In this document: positions 35,608 to 45,274 of the stretch, piece by piece | Numbering within the stretch: the first letter of the stretch is position 1 | Layout: every line of letters starts with the position of its first letter | Origin: Candidatus Fimimonas gallinarum | Lineage (GTDB): Bacteria; Bacillota; Clostridia; Christensenellales; CAG-314 | Reading direction: 5' to 3' | DNA: 64,000 bases | NCBI GenBank assembly: GCA_018712065.1 | Contig: DVHL01000029.1 | Span: 6,222 to 70,221, forward strand | Position numbers and translations under genes: made by a program | Notes under the pieces: model-generated | Told to the model about the DNA's origin: nothing | What the model saw: the letters and a program-made list of their open reading frames with translations, nothing else | Databases searched by the model: none

Positions 35608-37860
35608 TCAGTTTATCTTGGAAAACAGTCTGCCACGGGTGAACGGTTGTTGCTCCGTGTAGCCGTCCTCTTTTCCCTGGTTAAGCAACAGATAGTGTTT
35701 CACCACATCACGGTTGAAGTCTACGCAGTACCTGCCCGATTCGTGCAGTTTGCCAACTGCAGAAAGTTTTTTGCCGTTGCAAAGTTCAAAAGTACAGCGT
35801 GAATCTTTGTATCTGCAAAAATAGAATTCGTTGCCTAATTCGTCGGTGTAGCGGAGAGGTTTTTCCGCTTTGCAATCGGCACATGTTCCGCCGAAAACGA
35901 CTTTGTAGGGGCAATGCACCAATTTCATCAATGTCAACTGTCCGTCAACAAACACGATGCCCTTTTTATTACGAAACAAACTTATTTCTTTCAGCGTCAG
36001 TTCCTGCGAATAGAAAAATGTTTCGGCATCCTCGAAAATCTCCGCCATGTAATCGTTGTATATGTTGAGACCGCTGCCGGCAATGTATTTGAGATTCAGT
36101 TCTCTTGCCAACTGCACCTGTCCTACATTGTGGCAAACAATTCCCACCTTTTTTCCTTCAAGAATTTTGCGCAGATAGCCATTGTCGGAAAATGACGGCA
36201 AGTACAAAAACACACCCTTACCGTCCACCTCTTCTACGCATTTTTCGTCCAGCATTTCACTCTTCAAAATTACGTAATCCGCCACAGTTAACGCTTCGTC
36301 AATTTGACGGACATTGTTGCAAATTACTGCAAGACACGGTTTTTGCATTAACTGTGCGTCGTCGTGCACCGTGTAGTCGCATTCCGACGGCAACGCGTTT
36401 TTGCGTGCGGAAAATTTGCTGTTGTATTCGGCAATTATCTCATCGTGCAAAATTTGGAAACATTTTCTGCGTAAAGCGTTTATTTGCGATTTTGGCATGA
36501 AAATGCCGTTTGTTTCTATTGCTATGTCTGAAATAGTATATTGCCAATCGCCTGTTTTGCAAAGTTGTTGTTTAAGTTGTTGCTCCGAAAGGCACGCATT
36601 TTGGGCTTTCTGACAGAATTCTTCACTTTCGACGCAAATATTTGTGCCGTTGCACTGTGCAAAAAGTTGTGCCTTTTCATCGGCAAATGCACGCAAATGC
36701 AACGATACAGGCAGTTTTTTGCGAGCGTTTAGCGTTTGCTCGCACAAAAGAACGTCGGTTGTACGTCGCACGGTCATGCCTTCAGCAACTTTTCCCGAGA
36801 AGGAAACCCTGACAACACCGCTACCGCTTTCCAACGCTACTCCGCCGCAAACTTCTTTTTCGCCGTCAAAAATTTTAAGTCCGTCGCCTTTGGTGAGGGG
36901 GACAGCGCATTTCACTCCGCCTTTCACCACTTTTCCAACGGCAACACCTATGTGATTTTGCACCGACGGGAAAATTATTCCGTCGTTTTTGCCGTAAAGG
37001 TAGTTGCATGCAGGCAGGTTTCCCCTGTTGTAGGCTTCGCAAAGCGTTTCGTGCATATTAGTATCGCTTTTGAACCCGTCGGCAAAAAACTTGGAATACA
37101 CGGCGGAGGTAATGCCTGCGTATTCCGCACGGCGGTTTCGCCCTTCTATTTTGAATGTGGTAACACCGCTTTTCAAAAGTTGTTCGGCAGTTTGCAAACC
37201 GCAGTTATCGCAAGGGGAAAGCAGATATGCCCCTTTTGTAAACCTTCCGATGTTGGACTTGTACAGTTTTCGGCACGGCTGTGCGCACAAACCACGGTTT
37301 CCGCTGTTTCCGCCCACCATGGAGGAAAACAGGCACTGCCCCGATTGACAAACGCACAACGCTCCGTGCAAAAAACATTCGGTATTTACACCGCTTTGAC
37401 TGATACGGCGTATTTCTTCCAAGGTGCTTTCCCTTGCACACACCACCGTTGTTGCCCCGAGTTTTTTCAAAAATCTTGCGCCGAAGTCGTCGTGAGCGTT
37501 CAACTGGGTGCTTGCGACTACCTCAAAAGGGTTTGGTAGAGTTGCGGCAAACTTCAGTAATGCCAAATCCGTTACTATTACGCCGTCGGCATTGTTCTCG
37601 TAGGCGGTAATAAGCATTTTGCGTGCGCTGTCAAATTCTTCGTTTTTAAGTGATGTGTTGACGGTAACGTAGACTTTGACGCCGAAAAAATGACAATAAT
37701 CCACCCACTGACCTATGTTTTGAGCAGTGAAGTTCGGTGCTTTCATCCGTGCGTTGAACCCGTCCAAACCGAGATACACGGAATTGCACCCGTTGTTTAC
37801 CGCCGCAGTCAACTGTTGTTCGCTTCCGGCAGGTGCAAGAATTTCGTAGTTGCCCTTCAT
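35608..37860 (-). CDS. U32 family peptidase (long form with C-terminal DUF3656-like region)
   Basis: U32-like N-terminal half (ELLAPAGS..., GADSVYLG-type motifs, Cys-rich core). The ATG abuts the pheT stop with a 0-nt spacer. Confidence 0.88.
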   Translation of the reverse strand: MKGNYEILAPAGSEQQLTAAVNNGCNSVYLGLDGFNARMKAPNFTAQNIGQWVDYCHFFGVKVYVTVNTSLKNEEFDSARKMLITAYENNADGVIVTDLALLKFAATLPNPFEVVASTQLNAHDDFGARFLKKLGATTVVCARESTLEEIRRISQSGVNTECFLHGALCVCQSGQCLFSSMVGGNSGNRGLCAQPCRKLYKSNIGRFTKGAYLLSPCDNCGLQTAEQLLKSGVTTFKIEGRNRRAEYAGITSAVYSKFFADGFKSDTNMHETLCEAYNRGNLPACNYLYGKNDGIIFPSVQNHIGVAVGKVVKGGVKCAVPLTKGDGLKIFDGEKEVCGGVALESGSGVVRVSFSGKVAEGMTVRRTTDVLLCEQTLNARKKLPVSLHLRAFADEKAQLFAQCNGTNICVESEEFCQKAQNACLSEQQLKQQLCKTGDWQYTISDIAIETNGIFMPKSQINALRRKCFQILHDEIIAEYNSKFSARKNALPSECDYTVHDDAQLMQKPCLAVICNNVRQIDEALTVADYVILKSEMLDEKCVEEVDGKGVFLYLPSFSDNGYLRKILEGKKVGIVCHNVGQVQLARELNLKYIAGSGLNIYNDYMAEIFEDAETFFYSQELTLKEISLFRNKKGIVFVDGQLTLMKLVHCPYKVVFGGTCADCKAEKPLRYTDELGNEFYFCRYKDSRCTFELCNGKKLSAVGKLHESGRYCVDFNRDVVKHYLLLNQGKEDGYTEQQPFTRGRLFSKIN

Positions 37861-40236
37861 CTAACGCAGTTCCGCTCCGTATTTTTCCTTTATGTTTTTC
37901 AGCGCCTTGCCTACCTGTTTTTCTATGTCGCTGTCCTGCAATGTTTTGGTGTTGTCCTTAAATTCCACGGAAATTGCCAGACTTTTTTTGCCTGCGCCAA
38001 TCTGTTCGCTGCGGTACACGTCAAACAAATTTGTCTGACAAACGTGAGGCAACGCCAAAAATTCGTTCATTATGTCCTGAGCGGCAGTATCTTCGTCCGT
38101 AACGAAGGCAAAATCTCGTGTGATGGACGGGAACTTTCCGAAAGGTTCAAAGACTATTTCCGAACGTCTGGCGTCAAACAGTGTCTGAAGCACGATTTCC
38201 GCAAAGTAGCAATCCACCCCAATGTCGAAGTTTTGTGCAATTTGCGGATGGATTTTGCCGAAACTACCGCACAACTTGCCGTCAATGTAGATATCGGCGG
38301 AAATCCCCGGGTGCAAAACAGTGTTTTGTGAACGCACAAGTTTAACGCCTCCGTCCACAAAAGCATGAACAACCTGCAACACAGCATCACGGAACTGTTC
38401 AAAAGTTACTTCCGTTGCAGCCACCGAAAGACGTTTTTCCTCAACGGGAAGGGTTGTCAAGGGCAAACTGTCCGCAAGATACGCCTTTCCTATCTCGAAC
38501 AAACGCAGTTCGTGCATGTTTCTTGTGAGGTTAAGTGATACGCATTGCAGCGTATTCGGCGCAAGCGATGTGTTCATAAGGGAAAGTTCTTCCCCTATCG
38601 GGTTGAAAATGTGAATATACTTGCTTTCATCCACAGGTTCTATCGACGCTTTGTCAAACAAAGCCTTTCCGCCGAAAGGATAAAACACACATTCGTTGTA
38701 ACGCATGCCTGTAAGCACGCTACGCACTTTGTCGCACAACTTGTCTTCCTGTGTTTTTCCACCGCAGGTAATGTGAGAATTTTCCATCAAAGTGCCGGTT
38801 ATGTTGTCGTAGCCGTACACACGGATAAGTTCTTCCACAATGTCGCAATCCCTTGCGATGTCGTCCCTGTAAGGGGGTACCGTGCAGGTTAGTGTGTCGT
38901 CGGTAATTTCAACGCCTATGTTGAGCAAGTTGAGAATACGCTTTATTTCCTCATCGGGAATGACAATTCCCAACAGTTTTTCCACCTTTTGTTTTTTGAA
39001 ACTTACCGTTTTTTCCTTTGCAACTTCCCCTACGGCAATTCTTCCGCAAGTGATTTTTCCGCAATGCAACTGTTCCGCCAGATGCAAAGCACGGGAAAGT
39101 CCCAAGTTGTTTGTGTAAGTTTCGATACCCTTTTCAAAACGTGCGGAAGAATCGGAACGCAAGCCCAAACGTCTGCTGGTTTTGCGTATGTTGCCTCTTG
39201 CAAAACTTGCCGATTCAAACATTACGCATTTGGTTGTGTTTTTAATGCCGGAGTTTGCTCCGCCCATAATGCCTGCAAGTCCTACGGCACGGGTTTTGTC
39301 GGCAATGACGAGATCTTCGCTTGTCAAAGTGTATTCTTTCCCGTCCAGCGGAATAATTTTTTCGCCGTTTTCCGCCCGTCTTACAATTATTGTGTGGTCG
39401 TTGATGTCGGCGTAGTCAAACGCATGCATGGGCTGACCGATTTCAAACAGCACGTAGTTTGTTATGTCCACGAGGTTGTTTATTCCGTGCAGTCCCACCT
39501 TGGCAAGACGTGATGTCATCCAAACGGGGGACGGTTTAATTTCCACGTCGGTAACGCCTTGCATAAAATAACCTGTGCAAAGGTCTTTTGCCGCAACGTC
39601 CACTGTTACCAGGTCGGATGTCTTTGCGCAAAATTCCGTGTAGGAAACGTCGGGTGATTTGCAGGTTTTTCCCAGCGCAACGGCTACTTCTCGGGCAAGG
39701 CCCAAAACACTGTTGCAGTCCTGGCGGTTGCTTGTGACGCTGATGTCAAGGATGTAGTCGTCGATACCGACTTCGCTGCGGATGTCTGCTCCCACTTGCG
39801 CTGTGGGCAACAACACCAACACTCCATCGGTGTCGGCACCTGGGTAGTAGTCCTTTGTTATGCCGAGTTCTTCCGCTCCGCAAAACATTCCCCACGACTC
39901 TTCTCCACGCATCTTGCCCTTTGTGATGTGCAATCCGTTTGCAAGATGCGCATTGTGCAACGCCACGGGCACCTTATCTCCCACCTTTACATGGTGGTCG
40001 TTTGTTACAATGGGGATAATTTCCCCGCCTATGTCCACTTTGCAACAAAGCAACCTTTCTGCGTTGGGGTGCTGATTTATTTCCGTAATCTGGCACACCT
40101 TGACGTTGGTAACGTTTTTGCCGAGGTAGTCTACCTCCTCGATTTCCAAACCGATGTCCACCATTTTTTTGCAAAGCGTTTCTATATCTTCAGTTACGTC
40201 TACGCATTCTTTAATCCAGGAAAGAGGTACTTTCAT
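37861..40236 (-). CDS. pheT: Phenylalanine--tRNA ligase beta subunit
   Basis: Full-length PheT architecture (tRNA-binding, B3/4, B5, FDX-ACB domains). Confidence 0.96.
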   Translation of the reverse strand: MKVPLSWIKECVDVTEDIETLCKKMVDIGLEIEEVDYLGKNVTNVKVCQITEINQHPNAERLLCCKVDIGGEIIPIVTNDHHVKVGDKVPVALHNAHLANGLHITKGKMRGEESWGMFCGAEELGITKDYYPGADTDGVLVLLPTAQVGADIRSEVGIDDYILDISVTSNRQDCNSVLGLAREVAVALGKTCKSPDVSYTEFCAKTSDLVTVDVAAKDLCTGYFMQGVTDVEIKPSPVWMTSRLAKVGLHGINNLVDITNYVLFEIGQPMHAFDYADINDHTIIVRRAENGEKIIPLDGKEYTLTSEDLVIADKTRAVGLAGIMGGANSGIKNTTKCVMFESASFARGNIRKTSRRLGLRSDSSARFEKGIETYTNNLGLSRALHLAEQLHCGKITCGRIAVGEVAKEKTVSFKKQKVEKLLGIVIPDEEIKRILNLLNIGVEITDDTLTCTVPPYRDDIARDCDIVEELIRVYGYDNITGTLMENSHITCGGKTQEDKLCDKVRSVLTGMRYNECVFYPFGGKALFDKASIEPVDESKYIHIFNPIGEELSLMNTSLAPNTLQCVSLNLTRNMHELRLFEIGKAYLADSLPLTTLPVEEKRLSVAATEVTFEQFRDAVLQVVHAFVDGGVKLVRSQNTVLHPGISADIYIDGKLCGSFGKIHPQIAQNFDIGVDCYFAEIVLQTLFDARRSEIVFEPFGKFPSITRDFAFVTDEDTAAQDIMNEFLALPHVCQTNLFDVYRSEQIGAGKKSLAISVEFKDNTKTLQDSDIEKQVGKALKNIKEKYGAELR

Positions 40237-40248
40237 GTTCTGTTTCTC

Positions 40249-41265
40249 CTATTTGCCAAACTGCTTCAAAAAGCGTATGTCGTTTTCGTAAAACAATCGT
40301 ATGTCGGGAATTCCGTACTTAATCATAGCGATACGTTCCACGCCCCAACCGAAGGCGTAACCGGTGTACTTTTCGCTGTCGATACCGCAAATTTCCAACA
40401 CGGCAGGGTTTACCATTCCTGCGCCCAAAACCTCTATCCAACCTGTGCCTTTGCACAAAGAACATCCCTTTCCGCCGCAATTACTGCAAGTGAGGTCCAC
40501 TTCCACGCTGGGTTCCGTAAAGGGGAAGTAGGAAGGACGGAAACGAACTTTTGTGTCCTTTCCGAACAGGTTTTTGGCAAGGTATTCCAAAGTACCTTTC
40601 AAATCTCTCAACGTAATGTTTTCATCCACCACCAACCCTTCTATTTGGTGAAACACCGGCGAGTGCGAAGAGTCGCTGTCCGAACGGAAGACCTTGCCAG
40701 GGCAAATCATCTTGATGGGAGGTTGTTTCTTTTCCATTAGTCTTGCCTGCATGGCGGAAGTCTGCGTGCGAAGCAAAATGTTGTCGGTAATGTAGAAAGT
40801 GTCCTGCATGTCCCTTGCAGGGTGGTCCTGCGGAATGTTCAACGCCTGAAAATTGTAGTAGTCCGTTTCAATTTCCGGTCCCGAAAGCACTTCAAAACCC
40901 ATGGAAACAAGCAAATCGCTTATTTTGTTTTCCACAAGCGTGATGGGATGCAATGCTCCCCACGGTTGCATTGTGCAAACGCTGACGTCCACTTTTTCGT
41001 TTTGCAACTTGTCCTGCATTTCCTTTTGTTTGAGTGTTGCCGTAGTTTGGGCAAATGCGTCTTCCAGATAGTTTCTGAGCCTGTTGACGTTTGCGCCGAA
41101 AGACGGACGTTGCTCCGCAGGAAGATCCTTGATGCTTTTGAGAAGTACTGTAAGTTCGCCGCTTTTTCCAAGATACTTAACTTTGAGATCTTGCAATGCG
41201 GAAAGAGATGTGCATTTTGTCAGTTCTGCCACGCACAACTCCCGAATTTCCGTGATTTTATCCAT
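40249..41265 (-). CDS. pheS: Phenylalanine--tRNA ligase alpha subunit
   Basis: Class II motifs, including FRPSYFPFTEPSVEVD. Confidence 0.96.
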   Translation of the reverse strand: MDKITEIRELCVAELTKCTSLSALQDLKVKYLGKSGELTVLLKSIKDLPAEQRPSFGANVNRLRNYLEDAFAQTTATLKQKEMQDKLQNEKVDVSVCTMQPWGALHPITLVENKISDLLVSMGFEVLSGPEIETDYYNFQALNIPQDHPARDMQDTFYITDNILLRTQTSAMQARLMEKKQPPIKMICPGKVFRSDSDSSHSPVFHQIEGLVVDENITLRDLKGTLEYLAKNLFGKDTKVRFRPSYFPFTEPSVEVDLTCSNCGGKGCSLCKGTGWIEVLGAGMVNPAVLEICGIDSEKYTGYAFGWGVERIAMIKYGIPDIRLFYENDIRFLKQFGK

Positions 41266-41282
41266 AACAAACTCCTTGTAAT

Positions 41283-41512
41283 TAAAAAACGCCCCTGCTA
41301 AGCATAGGACGAAAATTTCGTGGTACCACCTAATTTCAAAAAAGGCAAAGCCCTTTTTCTCTTGTGTCCGATAACGGGAACAAACCGCATGCGACTACTT
41401 TTCACCGCACAAACTCCAAAGGGAATATCTTTTTGCGCAGGGGCAGGACTCGCACCGTTTCCCGCTCGCTGAAACCCTGTTGTTCGCAAACTCTTGCACT
41501 TTATCATCGTTT
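41283..41512 (-). promoter_or_regulatory. T-box leader (Phe) with terminator, upstream of pheS
   Basis: The minus strand contains the T-box sequence AATTAGGTGGTACCACG. A terminator stem plus GCGTTTTTT follows it. A UUC triplet sits in GATATTCCCTTTGG, placed like a specifier. Confidence 0.85.
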
Positions 41513-41518
41513 TGTAAC

Positions 41519-41547
41519 AGTATATCAAAATTTAACCTGTTTGACAA
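41519..41547 (-). promoter_or_regulatory. Sigma-A type promoter for the pheST T-box leader
   Basis: Minus strand TTGTCA-17 nt-TATACT. Confidence 0.6.
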
Positions 41548-42063
41548 CAGTTTTCAGGCACAAATTCTTTGTCCGTTGTCAGCGACAGGCGTTGTCGTAA
41601 TAAAAAATATTTTGCAGGGAAAAGAGTGTCTGACGGTGGTAATTCCCGCAGAAATTGAAAAATGCTTGCGTTACGCAGTCTGCTTACACGTTGCACGAAA
41701 ATGCCTGATAAGATGCTCAGCAACATTTACGGAAAAAAGTCTGCACAATTTGTACAGACTTTTGCGGTACACAGGAAACTGCTTCAACTGAAACGCATTT
41801 TGTGCGTAGGTTTTCTTGAAGTTTGCAAACTGTTGGACGAAAAAACAACGGCAATTTTGCACAAACGTCCAATTTTGCACCTTTTTGTGCTTGACAGACA
41901 CAATTTGGCAAATTTGCCTGTAATCATGCGTCGCAAAGGTGCAGATGCACCGTCTTAAAGAGCATCAAACACCATATGTGATGAAAAAAAAGGCAAGTTG
42001 TCAGCATGAAGTCAATGCTACCGTTAAAAAAGGCGAAAGTTTTACATTTTTCTGAGGTGCGGT

Positions 42064-42120
42064 TTGGCGAAAGAAAGATTTTCCGCATTGCTTACAGATT
42101 GTATTTGTTCATCTTTATTG
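42064..42120 (+). pseudogene. 57-bp fragment copy of the methyltransferase gene (matches 55296-55352, inverted)
   Basis: TTGGCGAAAGAAAGATTTTCCGCATTGCT...CATCTTTATTG differs from the reverse complement of the resident gene at 7 positions. It encodes AKERFSALLTDCI. Confidence 0.75.
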
Positions 42121-42134
42121 ACGTCAAGGATACT

Positions 42135-42821
42135 TTACTGTTGTTGCGACTGTCCCAAAAGCAAACCGCCTTGCAGGAAAGTGTCGGGAACTTTGCCCAC
42201 TATTACCGTTTCGCACACCAGAATGGGCGTTTCTATTTGCACCACCTGATGTGAAGAAGGAATTATCACGTCCACGGTACTGCTCACGTTGAGGTAAATT
42301 CGGTGCAAGGTCTGATTTATTCCCGCCGTTTCAAAGTGAGAAACAAAGGAACATTGCACCGTTCCGACAGGGTCAATCACAATGTTTACGTCAGGTCCCA
42401 GTTGGCTCAGCAACGGAATTCCCGACAGTGTACCCAAAGGAATGGAAATTGCCTGTTGAAAAAGCGTGTTTATTTTGCCTTGCGTAACAATGGAGGCTGT
42501 GCGTGCAAGTTGATTCACCGAATTGCTGTTTGCGGTAATAAGCACAACTTCGTTTTGACTGTTTTTTTCGACGGTAACAAAATCGGCGTAATCCACCCCC
42601 TGCAATACTGAAAGCACCGCTTCGTTTACCGCCTGTGTCGTTTGCGCCTTCACCTGAACTTGCGCAATATCAAGTATTGTGGGCGTCATAGATTTCCAAT
42701 ACACCCACAAGGCTATCGCCAATGCAACAATCACCATTGCCGTGAAAATGGCGACGATTTTTTGCACGATTTTGCGCCGTCTTTTCAGTTTTGCCGCTTT
42801 GTCAACTACTATGTAACGCAT
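42135..42821 (-). CDS. yunB: Sporulation protein YunB
   Basis: N-terminal TM segment plus YunB-like body (...GTLSGIPLLSQLGPDVNIVIDPVGTV...FETAGINQTLHRIYL...). Confidence 0.8.
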   Translation of the reverse strand: MRYIVVDKAAKLKRRRKIVQKIVAIFTAMVIVALAIALWVYWKSMTPTILDIAQVQVKAQTTQAVNEAVLSVLQGVDYADFVTVEKNSQNEVVLITANSNSVNQLARTASIVTQGKINTLFQQAISIPLGTLSGIPLLSQLGPDVNIVIDPVGTVQCSFVSHFETAGINQTLHRIYLNVSSTVDVIIPSSHQVVQIETPILVCETVIVGKVPDTFLQGGLLLGQSQQQ

Positions 42822-43060
42822 AATATACCTTTTTGTCTAATTATATTCTCAAAAAGGCTCAAAGGTTACAATTTTTTGGCGTAAAGCAAGAGTTTTGCAA
42901 AAATTTCCCGAAAAGACATAAAAACGCCCCGAAAATGCGCTACTTTATTTCGAACTTAAAAAAATTCGCAGGCGTTTTTTAGAGTAATTGCTTTGCGGAA
43001 CAGGTATACACAAGCCAAGGTAAATAGTACAATAGTACACGTAAGCCAAGGCAAAAACCT

Positions 43061-43432
43061 CTACTGCTTTTTTGTTTTGGGACGGAAAATAACTGCGACA
43101 ATGTACCCCGAAACAATAGCCACGGAAACACCCATTGCACAGGCGGCAAGTCCGCCTTTAAGTGCTCCGAAAAAGCCCTCCTCTTTGGCAGTTTGCACCG
43201 CTCCTTTGACGAGAGCGCAACCAAAACCGGAAATGGGAACACTTGCGCCTGCGCCTGCAAAATCAATCAGTTTGCTGTACAGTCCGAATCCTTCCAAAAC
43301 GGCACCGCTTATCAAAAACAACACAAGTATTTTCCCGTTGGTGAGGTGGGTGAAATTGATTATTATTTGCCCTATCATGCAAATTCCGCCCCCAACCAAA
43401 AAGGCTTTTATAAACATCAGAAAAGTGTCCAT
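43061..43432 (-). CDS. spoVAE: Stage V sporulation protein AE (SpoVAEb-type)
   Basis: FLVGGGICMIGQ...DFAGAGASVPISGFG, a membrane protein. It is the third gene of the spoVAC-AD-AE operon. Confidence 0.9.
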   Translation of the reverse strand: MDTFLMFIKAFLVGGGICMIGQIIINFTHLTNGKILVLFLISGAVLEGFGLYSKLIDFAGAGASVPISGFGCALVKGAVQTAKEEGFFGALKGGLAACAMGVSVAIVSGYIVAVIFRPKTKKQ

Positions 43433-44433
43433 CAGATTGTTACCTCCACAAGATGCGTTACGGCAGGAATACTATCCCCCTGAAATGAAGTTGTAGGACT
43501 CATCAAAGCCCCCGTTCCTGCCAAAAGAATTTTTTTGAATTGTTTTTTGCGCAGTTTGCTGAGAATGTAACTGTTGAATACAATTGCCGAACATGCCGCA
43601 CCGCTTGCTCCTTGGTAGGTTTTCTGCTCTTCGTAAAAGAGCGTTCCGCCACAGTCCACAAGTTTTTCGGAAATGTCAAGTCCTCTTTGAAGGGTGAGGT
43701 CAATCAGAATTTCACTGCCAAGTTTTCCCAAATCACCGGTGAAAATAGCGTCGTAATCGTCCACGTTTTTCATTGTATCTTCAAAAAAAGTAACGATAGT
43801 GTCGCATGCGGATGGCGCCATTGCCGCCCCCATATTGTTGGCGTCCATTATGCCGTAGTCCACCACTCTGCCTATTGTTGCCGACGTAATTTTTGCCGTG
43901 GCGTTTTGTTTGTCGGAAGTAAGCAAAGTTGCTCCCACACCCGTTGCCGTCCATTGCGTAACGGGGGAACGCAACACACCCAATTCCAGCGGATATCGGT
44001 ACTGCCTTTCCGCCGTGGAAAAGTGGCTTCCGGCAACGCACACCACGTTGTCCAAACCTACGGACAACATTGCACTGCCCACTATCAGCGATTCCGCAAA
44101 GGTAGCGCATGCGTTGTACAATCCCAAAAAGCCGGCATGCTGTTTGCGTGCGGCAAAGGATGCCGAGGTAATCTGATTGAGCAAATCGCCGCCGATGACG
44201 GCGTCAACGTCGTTGTTGTTGAGGTTGCACTTGCCTATCACTCCGTCAATGGCGTGTTCAAACATTTTTCGTTCCGCACGTTCGAAGGTGTTTTGCCCGA
44301 ATTTGTCATCCTGCAAGGCAAAATCGAAAAAATGCCCATACCTGCCGTCGTTTTCCTTGGGACCTACTATTGTGTAACCGTCCAAAACAAAGCAGTTTTT
44401 CAGGCTGACTGTGCGCTTTTTGTAGTACTGCAA
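43432..44433 (-). CDS. spoVAD: Stage V sporulation protein AD
   Basis: Thiolase-fold SpoVAD-like sequence of 333 aa, translationally coupled to its neighbours. Confidence 0.93.
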   Translation of the reverse strand: MQYYKKRTVSLKNCFVLDGYTIVGPKENDGRYGHFFDFALQDDKFGQNTFERAERKMFEHAIDGVIGKCNLNNNDVDAVIGGDLLNQITSASFAARKQHAGFLGLYNACATFAESLIVGSAMLSVGLDNVVCVAGSHFSTAERQYRYPLELGVLRSPVTQWTATGVGATLLTSDKQNATAKITSATIGRVVDYGIMDANNMGAAMAPSACDTIVTFFEDTMKNVDDYDAIFTGDLGKLGSEILIDLTLQRGLDISEKLVDCGGTLFYEEQKTYQGASGAACSAIVFNSYILSKLRKKQFKKILLAGTGALMSPTTSFQGDSIPAVTHLVEVTI

Positions 44434-44434
44434 C

Positions 44435-44908
44435 TCAAATTCCTCCGAAAATCAGCGTTATGATTGCTACTATGACAGAAATAGTAACTCCGTTAACTAT
44501 TACGGGGCCTGCAATCTGAAACATTTTTGCGCCAACGCCGTAGATGTAACCTTCGGCACGAAATTCCAGCGCAGGCGACACCACTGCGTTGGAAAAACCC
44601 GTTATCGGTATTGTAGACCCTGCGCCGGCAAAACGTCCGATGTTGTCGTAAACGCCGAAGCCTGTCAAAAGTGCCGCAATGAAGACAAGCGTTGCCGATG
44701 CAAGCACGGATGCGTCCTGCAATTCAAACCATATTTTGTAAAACTCTATTAGCGCCTGCCCTATTGTGCAAATGGTACCACCCACCACAAACGCCCAAAA
44801 CATATTTTTCCAGTGGGAACTTTTCGGCATTTTGTCAAATACATATTGTTTGTAGTTTTCTTTGGAAATTTCACTGTTGTAATTGACGGAATCTTTTTGT
44901 TTTTTCAC
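44435..44908 (-). CDS. spoVAC: Stage V sporulation protein AC
   Basis: AFVVGGTICTIGQ...RFAGAGSTIPITGFSN. A GTG start at 44908 after an AAGGTGA SD sequence is preferred. The ORF is open to a TTG at 44956. Confidence 0.88.
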   Translation of the reverse strand: MKKQKDSVNYNSEISKENYKQYVFDKMPKSSHWKNMFWAFVVGGTICTIGQALIEFYKIWFELQDASVLASATLVFIAALLTGFGVYDNIGRFAGAGSTIPITGFSNAVVSPALEFRAEGYIYGVGAKMFQIAGPVIVNGVTISVIVAIITLIFGGI

Positions 44909-45162
44909 CTTTTCACCTTTTCTTCCACGGGATTTTGCAACTTTTGCGGCACGCAACTTTCCCTTTCATCGGCATTAGCCCCGAATGCAGGCTGTTGTTT
45001 TGTTCTCATACCAATGTTATTGACATTTTTTTCGATAAATATGCCGTAACGCCCAAACTACCCCTCAATGAGACTGCACAACGCAGTGAAAAAGGACAGC
45101 GCATTTGTATGTTGTTTTGATGTCAATTAACGCCGAAAGTCTGTTTTGTTTGAAAACCGCAA

Positions 45163-45201
45163 CAAAAAAAACACCGCAGAAAAGTTTTTCTCTTGCGGTG
45201 T
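45163..45201 (-). terminator. Rho-independent terminator after the lipoprotein gene
   Basis: ACACCGCA/TGCGGTGT stem followed by T8 on the minus strand. Confidence 0.75.
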
Positions 45202-45274
45202 TTTGTGTAAATTTAATTTTGAAATGTGTTGTGTGCGCCTAGCGTTAGTCCGGACAAACAATGTTTGCTGTGTT

